64,000 nt of DNA from Dipteris shenzhenensis. Lineage: Eukaryota. The notes under the pieces were generated by a model that saw nothing but the letters and a program-made list of their open reading frames with translations, was not told the origin of the DNA and made no database searches. The stretch is from assembly GCA_047967505.1 (NCBI GenBank), contig CM106538.1. One strand, given 5' to 3'. Position numbers and translations under genes: made by a program. Shown here piece by piece: positions 50,357-63,240 of the stretch (the first letter of the stretch is position 1; the number at the start of each line of letters is the position of its first letter).

Positions 50357-50838
50357 ATGTAATAGCTTTTGAAGTGTGATGTCATTTGTACTGGCAATGA
50401 GTATACTTAATAAAATTAGTAGTTTTTGAGGTGTTGTAATAGTTTTGAAAATATCATATAGTTTTTGAAGTGTGTTGTAATAGCACTTAAATAAATGTAA
50501 AAGTTTTGAAACTGTGTTGTAACAGTTTTTGACTAAATGTAATAGTTTTTGTAAAGTGTGATGTCATTTGTACTAACATAGGGGCCCCCCCCTAAATTCC
50601 AAAAAAAAAATCCAGTAGTTTAGGTGGTGGGGGGAGGCGGCGGGAGTGGAATATGATGGCAAATTATTTAGGCCAATATATTACATTGTCCAATATTTTA
50701 TTACCTAAATTATAGTCATACCTTTAAGGTATTTAAAGAGACTGAAGTCAACTATATAAAGGGCCATTAGGTATGACATAGCCTTTATTGTCCTCATCTC
50801 CTAGACAGTCTGTTCTTGCCATCTTCCACAAACCTCCA

Positions 50839-51473
50839 ATGGCCACACCCCGTGAGGCATACCATGACTTCGTCATTTCTACTCATCATTCGAGTAGAGA
50901 GGAAGAGTTGTATGACATTTTTTATCATCAGATAGATGTCATCGGCACAGTCGACAAGCATCTAGATCTCTTTAGAGTTGTGGCAGATTATGTGAGAGAG
51001 AAAATCAAGCCTTACCTAATCCCTAGCTAGACATAGATAGAGTATAGTGGGTTTCTGTGAATCTCCTCATTGACTGTCACCAAGCTGATAGCACTTTCAA
51101 GTTTAGGTTGCAAAGAATTTGCAAATTCCTTAGTCCAAAAAGTTTTAGAAGGATTTCCAAGGATGAAGAGTTGGATCTGCAAGCGGGTCCTATAGGAACT
51201 CATTTTGTATCCCTGGAAATAGCCTATTGTATAACTCTTTCGGAAATGGAGGACACAGATGCACCTCCATTCATCAATGTAGAGCCACCTCTTCTTCTAA
51301 CAAGGCAAGATGTGGACATTGAGGAGAATCCTGATGTGGTTGTAGAAGCTGCAGTTGCTCTAGATTGGTCTAGCGCAACTTTGTACAAGGGAAAGCACAC
51401 AACAAAAATAGAGCAAATGATAGAGTTGGGTGTGGTTCCCGAAGCAGGAGGGATATCATCCCTCACAGGATAG
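50839..51473 (+). pseudogene. Unknown cargo ORF(s), probably the N-terminus of the ParB-MTase gene
   Basis: MATPREAYHDF... and the acidic ORF 51057-51473, broken by a stop and a frameshift. Confidence 0.35.
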
Positions 51474-51645
51474 CCAGAAGAGAAAGAGGAGAAAAGAGAG
51501 CAAAAAGAGGAGGAAAAAGGTATGATAGATGAAGTTTTGATGCAAACCCTTCTGTATATTTTGATTGAAAATAGAGAATATTTATTATTGATTGGCATTC
51601 ACTATATTAAAAATTTGAGAGAAGATAAAGTATTGGGGGCACTCT

Positions 51646-52050
51646 CCGCTTGGGAGAGCATAGTCATGGGTTGTGTCAAAGCAGCATATTGATCAATGAA
51701 GCGGCGATAGTATCCTGCTAGATTGACAAATGAGCATACGTAACGTTTGGTTGTTGGTGGGGAGAGCTTGAGGATGGCTTCTACCTTCTCAGGGTCAAGC
51801 TTGACACTCTCGGATGAGACAATATGTCCCAGTAACCTCCCTTGAGTGGCTCCAATGGTGCATTTCTCTGGGTTGAGATTGCCATTCGCATCATTGACCC
51901 TTTGGAAGGCCAACCTAAGCTTCATGACGTGCTCCTTATGTGACGAGAATATACAAAAATCATCTAAAAACACCTCCAAGAAATCCCCCAAATAAGGAGC
52001 AAACACCATCTGCATAAATCTTTGAAAGGTAGCAGGAGCAATGCACAAGT
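51646..52050 (-). pseudogene. Inserted Gypsy RT fragment
   Basis: LCIAPATFQRFM...EVFLDDFCIFS...LLGHIVS...LAGYYRRFI. Confidence 0.9.
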
Positions 52051-54263
52051 TGTGAACTACATTGTGCTCGTGCATTCAAAAGATTGTCCAGACAAGGCAT
52101 CTTTTGATCATCGAAAAGCAAATGATTATAACTACTTTGTTTTTGGAGGCTCCCATTCAGCAGAAGCAAAAAGGCAGTTGAATATTAAGTTTCGCGCAAC
52201 TCTCATTACAAGACATGTAATTGTACAGTTTATGCTGGTTTGACTAATTCAGAGGCAAACTTACTGGCTTTTGATCACAATAATGACAATGAGTATAGGA
52301 AGTCCATGTCTTGGATAGAATGGGTTCATTTCTATCACAATGAGTTCATTACGAAACTCAATGAGGATCGTTCTTTGATCACTCTAGAGTTTCGCTTGTC
52401 TTTGTTGAATGAGACTGGGATTTCTACAACAATTAAAGATTCGTCAAGGCGAAGTGACAGCTTCAAATCATGGGACGGGATGCTTCAAATTGCATTTCGT
52501 AGTGGAGAAGTTTGGGATTTGATAAATGCAATTTTATCAAAGTGGGAGAATTTTTAAATCAAAGGGCAGAATAACTCATACCTAAAGGAGTCAAGAAAGA
52601 AACCTAGACCTTGAAGGCATTACCTGAAGAAATTTGAGCCACAGCATGGAAGAGCATGTAGGGAATTAAAGATGAGATTCTAACTAAGTCTGTGCTTTGC
52701 AGAGTGGTGTTTGGGGATCTCTCTTTGGATGAAATGGGCAATGAATTTGATGAGTAAGCAAACTTCTCTCCTTTGCATCATGTCTCTCCTTGATTTTACA
52801 TTAATCTCTTTACAAATAATGTTTCAATAGACTTTGTTTCAACTGTAAAAGTGAGAAGAATTTTACATGTGTTTTCAATGCAAGCATAAAATATACATGA
52901 GAATGCAGGAGGCAATGATCCGGCAATTGAACATGCCAGATTGGGATGGTGTTCACGGGAGGAGTATCCAGAGAGCAGCAGGATGGAGAGCTTGGCTTTA
53001 TATTTCAATGTATTCAAAAGCATGGTATGTCAAATTTGGTATACATATTCTAATGGAATTTTTCTTTTGAATTGTAGATTTGAATGTTTAAAATATTGAA
53101 CTGTTATTTTGACAACAACCTTTAGAAAAGAGGCAAGAAGGGATCTAAGAGTAGAATGATGCCTACAAGCTTTAAGCAATTGATTGACCGGGCTGCAAAA
53201 GAAAAAGAGCATCGAACTCGACAATGATCTAACACTCTTAGTGGTGACATGTTAGAGTTTGACAAGGGGGAAAACCATCCACCAAACTTTTATCGTGTGC
53301 TCAATGGAGATTGCAATGAATTTCAAAGATAGTTCCAAAGAATGAGTACACGTTGGTCATTGTAGACATACCATATGGATTTAATGTTCTTGGATCCACC
53401 TTTGATGACAAAGAAAAGGAACTAATAAGTCTTCTTGACCAGTTCATGTCAATTACAATGGCAACGCTTTGGTGTGTCGTAATTTTTCATTCAGACTTGT
53501 AGTCTGAGGCAGTGATGAGTGTCATTAATGATGAATGTGCTGGACGTGACCACCTTTATTGATGAGTGCAGCAATGAAATGCAAAGATTTTTTCGGGTCA
53601 ATTATTATTGTTATAATTGTGTTTTCTTTTGATAAATTTAAAACTTATTTTTGTTGCATGTCGTAGGATGAAACCCAATGTCAGATAAATGAAAGGACAT
53701 CGATTCACGTCTACTAGAGAAAACATTTCAGTTGGGTATTGGTTTGTGGATGGAAAAAAAAATATTGGTCACATCAATTTTCCCTCATCTACTCCATATA
53801 CTCCTGATTATTTCATTATTCTAGCTATGACAAAGAAGCTCAGGCATGTGACCATGGATAAGAATGGGGAGATAGTAAATCCTTATCAAAACCACAACTC
53901 CTAATTAATCAGCTCATAGATCTATTTTCAAATGAGCATGAGTGGGTACTCGATCTATTTGCTGATTCAGGCACAATCACAGCATGTGCCTTAAAAAAGG
54001 GTTGAAATGTAATTGCAGTTGAAAAAGATCCTATTCAATGTGATAACATAAAGAAGAGAGTGACTGCTATTCATCACTTGCCTAATGAGCATCAGGAGCT
54101 TGGTTTGAAAGGTGGGAAGTTCGATGCAGATTCCGTGGTAGCCTCATCACGAGAACCCCAACCTCCTGAGATATTAAAACCCAGTTTTATGGATGCAGGT
54201 GAGCTAGCTGATACATGGGAGAAGGAGGTTGTGAAAGAGAAAGTGATTGAGAAACCTATATAG
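52045..54263 (+). pseudogene. ParB-like domain + beta-class N6-adenine/N4-cytosine DNA methyltransferase (multi-exon, decayed)
   Basis: ParB-like YFVFGGSHSAEA...GLTNSEANLLAFDHN. MTase motifs in order: VLNGDCNE (~53300), LVIVDIPYG (DIPY 53365-53376), VNPYQ-KP.LLINQLIDLFS, WVLDLFADSGT (DLFADSGT 53952-53975), VIAVEKD. Confidence 0.8.
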
Positions 54264-54286
54264 GAAACCCAGATTGGGGAGGGTGA

Positions 54287-54640
54287 TGAAGATGAGGTAG
54301 ATGACACATATGGGAGAATTGAGTAGAATCTAGTTATATAATTGTATTGCCAGTTTTTTGTATTTGAATGGTTTCAATAGACAAGTGTTCTTAAGACATT
54401 TTAGAATCCATATGCTTTGAATGTTTTGAACATTTAGTTGTTCTCATTAATTTGTTGTTGGGGATGGTTATGAAGATGATGTAGATGACACATATGGGAG
54501 AATTGAATAGACTCCAATTATGGAACTATATTGACAATTTTGTGATTTTGAATTGTTTCAATAGACAAGGGTTCTTAAGACATTTGAGAATCCATATGCA
54601 TTGAATGTTTTGAAGGACGCATTTACTTTTTCCCATTAAT
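54287..54640 (+). repeat. ~184-bp diverged tandem duplication
   Basis: TGAAGATGA.GTAGATGACACATATGGGAGAATTGA at ~54287 and ~54471. Confidence 0.8.
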
Positions 54641-57600
54641 TTGATGATATTATTGAATTCTTTTAGTACTTTATGTGATACTACAAAGTTTAACTTAAGA
54701 AATTTGATAAGGTTATGTTACTACACATAGGATTGAAAGTTGTATCATGTAGTTTTTCTATTGAAGATAAAAGGTCAAAGGAAGGAAAAAAATTATAGAC
54801 TTCTTGATTTTTCTAAATACATTGATATTGTGCTCTGTAGTCGAGGTCCTTCATAATTTATGGGCATTATGTACTGAAATTGATAGGATTTTAAAAGTTT
54901 TGAAATTTTCACTACCCAAAATATGACCTTTTTTTGAAAAAGTTATAATTTTAATGAATTTTTGAGGGAATCTTAAAATGGGTACCAATGTTACATACCT
55001 AGATTAGATGTTACACTATTAATTGCTCTAATGTATCTTTGCCGACAACCTTGTGGCCATAACATTGACGAGTTGTGGCATACTCTGGTGCAACTTCGAT
55101 GTGCAAGGTGCTTTTTTGTGGTTTGTTGGTGCGATCTTCCAATGTAGCCATGAGAGGGATTTAGAAATAAGGCCTTGGATCAAGGCCTTAGATCAGCTCA
55201 AAGAATAGAATAGCATCAATGGAAACAAGTTTGGACAATGGAAAGATATAATAGGATCAATGGAAGCATGTTTGGGACAAAATGATGAGAAGAAGTTGGA
55301 TTTGGGTGTTGCAAAGTGCTTATGATAGAAGGAGTATGAATGTGGGATTGGAAGATGATTACGGCGAGAAGGAGTAGGATTTAGATGTTGAAAAGTGATT
55401 TGGGTGCATAGGCATGGTTTGGGGGAAAGTTTTGAAGAGTTTTGGGCCATTTTGTGCACTTTTGAAAAATTTCAAATTTTTGGGCTAGGGTGTACTTGCG
55501 AGATACTTTTTGGGAATGCGGACCACCTAAAGGTTGTAAAGAGACTTAACTTTTTGAGAGTGGGGGGGCCCTCCAACTGGGAGAGGGAGGTGCACTTTTG
55601 GGGACCACCAAGGACCTAGGGAGATGTACTTTTTTGTCCCCATATGGGATGATGGGACCCTTTGTAGGCCTTATTAGTTCTTAATCCATTTTGCTAATCC
55701 ACTCCTTATGAGGCCCTTTTTGAGTCCAAAATTCCCCTAATGAGTCCTTGATCTTTGCAAGCTTGGGTGCTTGTGGAGCCAATATATTGTTTGGTTCTTT
55801 TTCGTTGTGGATGTGCTACGTTCGACTATTGCATTCACATAGGCCTGCACTAGAAGACATCCCTCAAGATGTTAATGACAATTTCACACACATTTGGAAG
55901 AAATTAATGACTTGGTACAAGACACCTTGTGGCTATAACTACCTTCTTTGTCTTTTTTCTTGTTACAGCAATATGTGCATTCAAACATTGAGTGAGGAAA
56001 GCATGTGCATTAAACTCATAAGGATTTGATACATATGAAATAAAGCTCAATAATTGTTTTCCTATTGATTATTTATCTTACCAAGCACGCTTTTGTTCTC
56101 TTTACAACAGCCTGGCACATTGCTAGGCTTAAAAATGGAGGGAGATTCTAGCCTCGAGAAGTAATGTGCGTGTGTATACATATAGAAATGCACATGGGAA
56201 GGGGCAAACAAAGAGACAAGTTTTTAGAAAACAAAAAACTCTAAGTGATTGGTTTTCCAATTCAATGGCAATGAAACTAGCAAATTTTAAATCATAAACA
56301 AGAACTTATTTGAAATTTGAACTGATTGGTTTTCTATTGACTAGAGAAACATCTCTTGTAGCAAACATAGAGGGAGACTTGAGGTAGTGGAGGTGGGTAG
56401 GGGTGAGATTTGATTGGGGATTTTCAAAATATTTTTTCAAGGGATTTTTCCAATGCTTGACCGGCAATACTAAAGAAATTACAAAAACTCAAATTTTTTG
56501 GGATCGGCAAAATTGCATGTATTTGATGGGCAAAAACATAGAAGTCATCAATGAGAGGGTCAATCTATAGCCTAGAGGTGCAGTTGCAAGTGCTCGAAGT
56601 CAGCACCTCAAAACTTGTGGTTTTGTCGGTTTTTAGATTGATTTACCCAAAGTCTGAATTAACCACTTTTTAATGATGAAAGTCAATATTTCTTAATTTC
56701 AGCAGGTGCAAAACGAATTAAAGGTCAGTTTTTTTCTAGCCGTTGTGGTGGTGACAAGTAACATTGGGAAAAAGTTTTTTCCCCGCAATCACACACCCCA
56801 TGGGCACATCCACCCGTGGTCTATGTTGACAAGAAGTAGGGTTCTTCTTGAGGTAATCAAACGGGAGCAATGAACTCAAGTTGGTGGCACAGTGTTCGAA
56901 AAAAGCCTTAAAGTACAAATATCTACAAAATTTGAAGAACAAAAACCCTTTAAACTTGAAATTTCTTTAATATATAAGTTTTAGATTTTTAGATGAAGGT
57001 TTTCCACATCTAAGACACTCTAGATCTATATAATTGATAGGCATTGCTCACTTGGCTCATGCTTGGGAGTGGGCCCCCTGAGAATACCTAGCTAGGTTTA
57101 GACTTGTGTCTCCGTAATGACATCTATGCATGGATGAGGTTGCGTGGTATGGGATGTGTAGTTTTACCTGGGATGGAGATTGCCTGACGTCTAAGCTCAA
57201 GGCTAATCCTGGGATCTATGGTTGGGTGGTGATGCACTACATGATACCACACGTGTCCGTGCATTTGTATTCTCATCTCTGTCCCTTCCTCTCCTTTAAT
57301 CAACGCAAAGAATGTATAAATCAACGCATCAAGCATGTAAAGAAGAAAGTAAATGACCCTGTCTCGCGTTCCTCTTAGGCAGCAACCTGTCCACCCAAAC
57401 CTTTGATCCTCTCTCGTGTTTCTCTCAGGTAGCAACTCGTCCACGCAAACCTCTCATGTGTTGGCCTATGCTTGTAGGTTAACACAAATCTGGATTTCTA
57501 GTTGAGTGCATTCGTGTGTTGCTCCAAAGAGTGTTGCGAGAAGTTCTACCTCCAAGATCGGGAGAGACCGGGGGCCATGACACGTAATAAGATGTCCCTA

Positions 57601-58358
57601 TTTCTCCAGGGTGCTGCTAGAGGAAACAACTACTAAATTTGGAGTCTTGGGGAGGGTGGTCTCATTTGTTAGCTCCCTTTTTTTGGAAGCGTTGAGATTG
57701 CGAAACCTTAAAACTCTCCTAGCGAGAATGTTAAAACCGGTACCCCAATAAGAGGCATGGGCTTCCCGAGGTGATGTGAATGACCATGGTTAGACCTATC
57801 CTCCAATTCTATTTCCATTTTTGGCAAAATAGTTCATCAAATCCATTAGGAATCAACGGCAGCTTCCCATTATCCATATCGAAAGAAGGTTTTGAAATGC
57901 CGGACTGGGTTCTTGACGAAAATTTACGCCAAATCTTACTACCCGATGAATCCGTCACTCACCATTCCGTCCAAATCCGGCAAACTTTCAATACCTTCTG
58001 ACGGCCTCAGCTGTCAACCAGCACAATCTTTGGACCTCAACAATTCGTCCGACCCCATTTACACTGTTCTTCTGTCCATTTCTTCTTCTTCTTCGTCGTC
58101 GTCGTTATCGGATCTTGAAAAATTCCTGTCGTTTTTGTGTGACGAGCGTGCAGTTTCATCGACTCCGTCCATCTTCTCGAGCTTGCAGCAGCTTCGAAGT
58201 CGTCTCCGTCTCGAATCCGTCGCTTCTCGGAGCTCCCGTTCCGCCACGAATTTCTCCGCATCACAATGTTTTCGTTGATTTCTCCCCGTCTTCCGTCCTC
58301 CATCGCCATCCTTCCATCCCGCCCTTCCAGCTCCTCCGTCTGAATCCTCTGATCCCCC

Positions 58359-60961
58359 ATGGACCTCAAATTCCTCCATCGTAAGGCTTCCTCCCGCCGT
58401 GATGCAGCCTCTGCCTTGCTTTGCGACGTCCACTCCTGTAGCATCTGCGCTGTCCTTCTTTCCGCCTCCATCGTCTTGCTCTTCTGCTTCGTATTTCTTG
58501 ATTTCATCCAAATCGCTCCTTCCCGTGGCCTCTTGCTCAACACCGCCGCGGTTATCAGATCCCTTGGTCATTTGAACGCAGAGTCTTACCTGGGAAGCCG
58601 CCAGCTGCACAGAACTCCCGTCCCTGTCCTCTCTCCCTCTTCGACATCCCTGTCCGGAGATCCCAATGCGGAGCTCGGCCGTCTTCTGCAAAGGTCGAAA
58701 GCTTCTGAAAAGAGTACCTCCCAAAAGTCTCCATATTCGGAAGGCTCCGAGAATGGAAATTCGAGGGCAGCTGGCTCCCCAGCAGATTCGCATGCTGCTC
58801 CTGAAGGCGGGAATACGTCTGTTCAAGCGGATTCCGTGAGCACAAGCCCGAAGCTTGCTGCAGATAATAGGGAAGGGAGCCTATACAAGCCTGGCGAATG
58901 CAATCTGTTCGCTGGGAGTTGGATACAAGACGACACCTACCCTCTATACAAATCAGAGGCATGTCCGTTCATTGACGACGGATTCAATTGCCAAGAAAAC
59001 GGGAGGCCGGACCAGGAGTATTTGAAATGGCGGTGGCAACCGTCAGAATGCAATCTGCCCAGGTAAAGGCTGAACCAGAAGGACTCGGGAGTCGGGAAGC
59101 CTTATATCTTCGCATTCCTTGCTCCTTGACGTCTTGTGATCATTCAAGATGCTTCCTGCCATCAAATCTTTCAATCTGTGTACATTCAAGTCTCCTGGAT
59201 GGTATGCAGGATCTCAAGCGTGAACATTCTTGTGACAGATTCAAAGCCAAAGACATGCTGGAACGATTTCGGGGTTCTCGGTTTGTCTTTGTCGGTGACT
59301 CCATCGGACGAAATCAGTGGGAGTCCATGCTCTGTATGTTAGCAGAGGCTGTACGTAACAAGAGTCGCATTACGAAGTAAACGGAGAGCCGATCAGTAAA
59401 CACAAGGGTTTCTTGTCGTTCAGATTCGAGGATTACAATTGCACGGTGGAGTATTACCGGTCCCCGTTCCTTGTGCCGCAAGGGCATCCTCCAAAACATT
59501 CTCCCAAGGGAGTCAGGACTTCGTTGAAAGTGGATACGATGGATTGGACGTCTGAACGTTGGAAGGGAGCCGATGTGCTCGTGTTCAATGCAGGGCATTG
59601 GTGGACATATGAAAAGACGGTGCGAGGGTAAGTCTGCTAGACTGCTACTGTCTGCAATGTTGACGTTTCGAAGTTCCGATTCTCCGAACTTCAGTTCAGG
59701 GTCGAAGGTTCTGCCTCCTGAGATGGACGCCAGTGGATAGACGCGAAATTCAAGAAAAATTGTCTTATACAGCAGGTTGAGATTTCCGGAACTGCAGCTG
59801 CTAATTCTGCCTTGATACATGACGCTCAGGGGATGCTATTTCCAGGTGGGAGATCGAGTGAACAAAAGTATCGATGTGAGGACAGGATTCGGTAGGGCGA
59901 TACAAACGTGGAGGGAGTGGATTTCGAAGGAAATTGATCCCCACAAGACGCAGGTGTTCTTCAGGACGTTTGCTCCGGTACACTTCAGGTATGGAATTAT
60001 CGATGGTCGATCTTGAAGGTTGGGAATTCTTTTAGCTGATGATCGAGCTTGCCTTTTGCGAGCTTGAGTGCCTCTGGTTTTCCACTCTCTCTGGGATGCG
60101 AACGGTTGGTTTCTTGGTTGCGTCCACCGGTTGACACGATTGGATTTTACGACAGTTTTGGAAGGATGTGGCGCCTGCGGGGAATGCCTTTTTATCTGGT
60201 TTGTGAGTGTGTCGTTTGCTGGAGCTCACCAGCCGCTTAGAATTTGCATTTACCGCTGTGAAGTTCACCGCGATGGATGATCTGCAATTGTGCGAATACT
60301 GCTACGGTGCTTGTCCAAGGGTTTGAGGGTGCAGGTTTACAGCGACGATAAGTCCGGTTTTGCAATTGCCATTTGTGCGGATTTGGATTGTGCATGCGAT
60401 TTGTGGGAGACGAAAGGGGCCGGATTTTGCAACGGTGATTTGTGGCCGGAGAGATGATGATACGAGCGAGGATATTGTTTGCAAGAGAATGCATCGTGCA
60501 AAGTGCTACGTTTGCGAATATGATGAAGTCGGGAAGTGAAGCGTGCTGAGCGATCTTCTTGTTGGTGTGTGTGTTGATGGATGATGATGAACAGCGGAGG
60601 AACATGGAAGACAGGAGGACAATGCCACGAGGAGACTCAGCCATGGCCTTCAGGCACGCGATTTGAAGACGGAGAGCCGTGGAGCAATACCATCCTGATT
60701 CCGGAGATCGCACGCCTTCAACAGACGCACCAGGTGCGGTTGCTTGACATCACGTATCTCTCCAACTTCCGGAAAGATGCCCATTCTTCCGTCTACCATG
60801 TCTCCAAGGCCGAGCCTCGTCCCTTCCACCGCCAGGATTGCAGCCATTGGTGCCTTCCCGGCCTTCCCGACGTCTGGAACGAGCTCCTTCTCGCCAGCCT
60901 GCTTGCCGCCGGCAACGGCTCCTGGAAGCACCTCCCCTCCTCCCTTCCGGCTTCACAGTGA
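58359..60961 (+). CDS. TBL: TRICHOME BIREFRINGENCE-LIKE polysaccharide O-acetyltransferase (TBL8-11-like). Exons 58359-59062, 59239-59627, 59830-59988, 60595-60961; apparent 1-bp deletion at ~59370
   Basis: N-terminal TM helix, PMR5N domain (CNLFAGSW...[25 protein letters not shown]), GDS motif ([13 protein letters not shown]) and DxxH ([16 protein letters not shown]). All introns are GT-AG and phase-consistent. Confidence 0.92.
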
Positions 60962-62481
60962 CCCCAAACGTTTCGCGTTTCGTTCCGACTTCCCTCTCGC
61001 GACTTCGCAATTTTCACACAGTGATCCCCGCCAAACATTCGCCGATTTCCATTGCGACGCATCGCAGCTTTTCCCGGCTTCCACAGTGTTCCCCTCGCTT
61101 CCTTTCGATCACTTTCAAATCACGCTCCCAATGTACCCTGCCGGAACATGAGTCACCGAAACGTTTCGCCACTCGTTTTCATTTCCGTCGCGATTTCCAA
61201 TTTTCTGGAGTATCGCATGTGACCACACTGGTGAAACATCTCGCAGTTGGTTCCAAAATGTCCGTGGCGATGTCCGATGTTCTGGAGAATCGCATGAGAC
61301 TGCAAGCGTGTGTGCCGGAAATCTTGTGCGATTCATGAACGAGAGGCCGGCGTGGCTACGGGCATTTACGTCGCATTTTCCTAAAAAACTAGAGTGCATT
61401 CTGTAGCCATCGAGATAGATTGCTGGTCGGCACGGACCTTTGTCTGTTGGTGAAAAAGCCCTCGGGCCTACTTCCTTCCACAGACTCAACACTCAAGCAG
61501 TCCTTTAGCACTGGATCCTGTACTTCTTTAACTATATCCCTCTGTCCAAGGAAAGGGCTTTTTACCTTTTGCCCACAAAATCCCCTCACATGAGGTGTTT
61601 ATTCTTTGCTTTACTCTAGCGTCTATTGTTTCAGGAGCTTTGAAAGTCGGGCTACCACATATGCTTAATGAGATAACAAGAAAAGTCTCTAGTTTATTAA
61701 TGTTTCCACATGGTACATGGAACGAGGAAGTCATGATGCGAGAAGAAGTGGAGCAAATAGTGCTGCCACTCGAGTACTCTACGGAGCACTAGAACAAAGT
61801 GATTGAGCATAAAAACTAGCATCATGGGTTTGCCCCCCCTACATAAGGAAAAGACACAATTTATTACTAAAAGAAAGTGATTGAGCATGAACATAAGATT
61901 TGTCTCCCCTACATAAGGAAAGACAAAATTTATTGAAGTTTTCATCCAAGTTGCGGCCTCCTAGATGCTCGTTGGGGAGAGACTAAAATGAAAACGTTCA
62001 GACTTCACACGCAATTGTAGCTTGAATGAAGAGATCTTGGACTACCTTTTGATTAGCCTTCTCCTTTAGTGCTAGCCTTCATCATGGCTGAGTCTACCCT
62101 TCAACTTCGGAGTGTCGACAAAAACTCAGCACGAAGACTTTGTATAAATGGATGCTCATGTATGTGTGGGTGTGTGGATTTATATGTGAGAGCATATTTT
62201 TATACTATGGTCTACACCCACTGTTGGGCGCTAATGACGTTAGTGGGGATGTCATAGTAGCTAGTCCTTGCTATGCATGATGTAGTTTATGGTTTTCAAC
62301 CTTGTGAGTGACTATCATGAGATTGAAACTGCACTATGTTGTGTTTTTAGAGGATGAGTTTGGGAATTCTTGGATTCATCTGGGTATATAACTCTTGAAA
62401 AAGTCTTAATCCATAAGTTTGCTTTATGGAGGGCTTAATGAGACCATAGAAAAAAGTAGTAAATTATGTATTAGAACTTGC

Positions 62482-62485
<4 letters not shown>

Positions 62486-62525
<40 letters not shown>
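62486..62525. repeat. (CT)n microsatellite
   Basis: Visible directly. Confidence 0.95.
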
Positions 62526-62528
<3 letters not shown>

Positions 62529-63004
62529 CTCATAGTCTAACATCACTTTTTTGTATAGTGAAGTGCAAGGTTAGATGCTCAATCCAATTAGCTTACATAT
62601 TTAGTATAATTGTAGACAATAATGTATCTTACATCTTTGGTATCAATTATAGACATTAATCTACAAATTTCATCATGAAAGTTGGATGAATCACTCTTGT
62701 TTATTTGAGATTTCCTTTTCTTTCCACATGATGTGCCAAACTTTCTCATCAAACTCAAGTCCTTTTTCCAATAGAAATGTTTTTTTATTCAAGTAAGATC
62801 TAAGTATTTGCATAGTTTTGAAAGATTCGAGCATTGTTCGTATGTAAGAGTTAAAGTCTCTATATTTTTTGACCATGCATGGGTGCATGAGTGTTTTAAA
62901 TTACACATTGGTACGCTTATGCCTTACATGTATGTTTGATGGGCAGAAAACTTTGCACAAGCCCTATTTTAGGTAAGGACCATATCCTTACAAGTTTGCA
63001 CAAG

Positions 63005-63240
63005 TGTTTAGGGTATAGGTTATAGTTTGGATTTTAGGGTTTAACGTTTAGCTTAGGACTCGGGTTTCAAGTTGGGGATTAAGATTTTAGGATCAAGATA
63101 AGATTAAGATTTAGGGTTTAGAGTTTTCTCTGTTAAAAAAAAAGTCTAGGGTTTAGAGTTATGATTTTAGGATTTAGGATTTTAGGGTTTTGAGTTTAAG
63201 GTTTATAGGGTTTAAAGCTTAGGGTTATGATTCTAAGATT
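63005..63240 (+). repeat. Degenerate interstitial telomere-like TTTAGGG repeats
   Basis: Scattered TTTAGGG/TTTAGAG/TTTAGGA units. Confidence 0.6.

Larger units (their letters stand above)
48303..55745. mobile_element. 7.4-kb TIR DNA element with a CACTA-like left end carrying cargo genes
   Basis: Inverted repeats at 48308-48340 and 55710-55742 (CATTAGGGGA(G/A)TTTTGGACTCAAAAAGGGCCTC) match at 32/33. The left end starts CACTA; the right terminus is degenerate. No TSD or transposase was found. Confidence 0.75.

Noticed and set aside
57892-58826. Upstream and antisense ORFs overlapping TBL exon 1
   Set aside because: GC-rich shadow frames with no domain features.
63005-63240. Possible true telomere or chromosome fusion site
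   Set aside because: The repeats are sparse and degenerate, typical of TE-associated telobox tracts.
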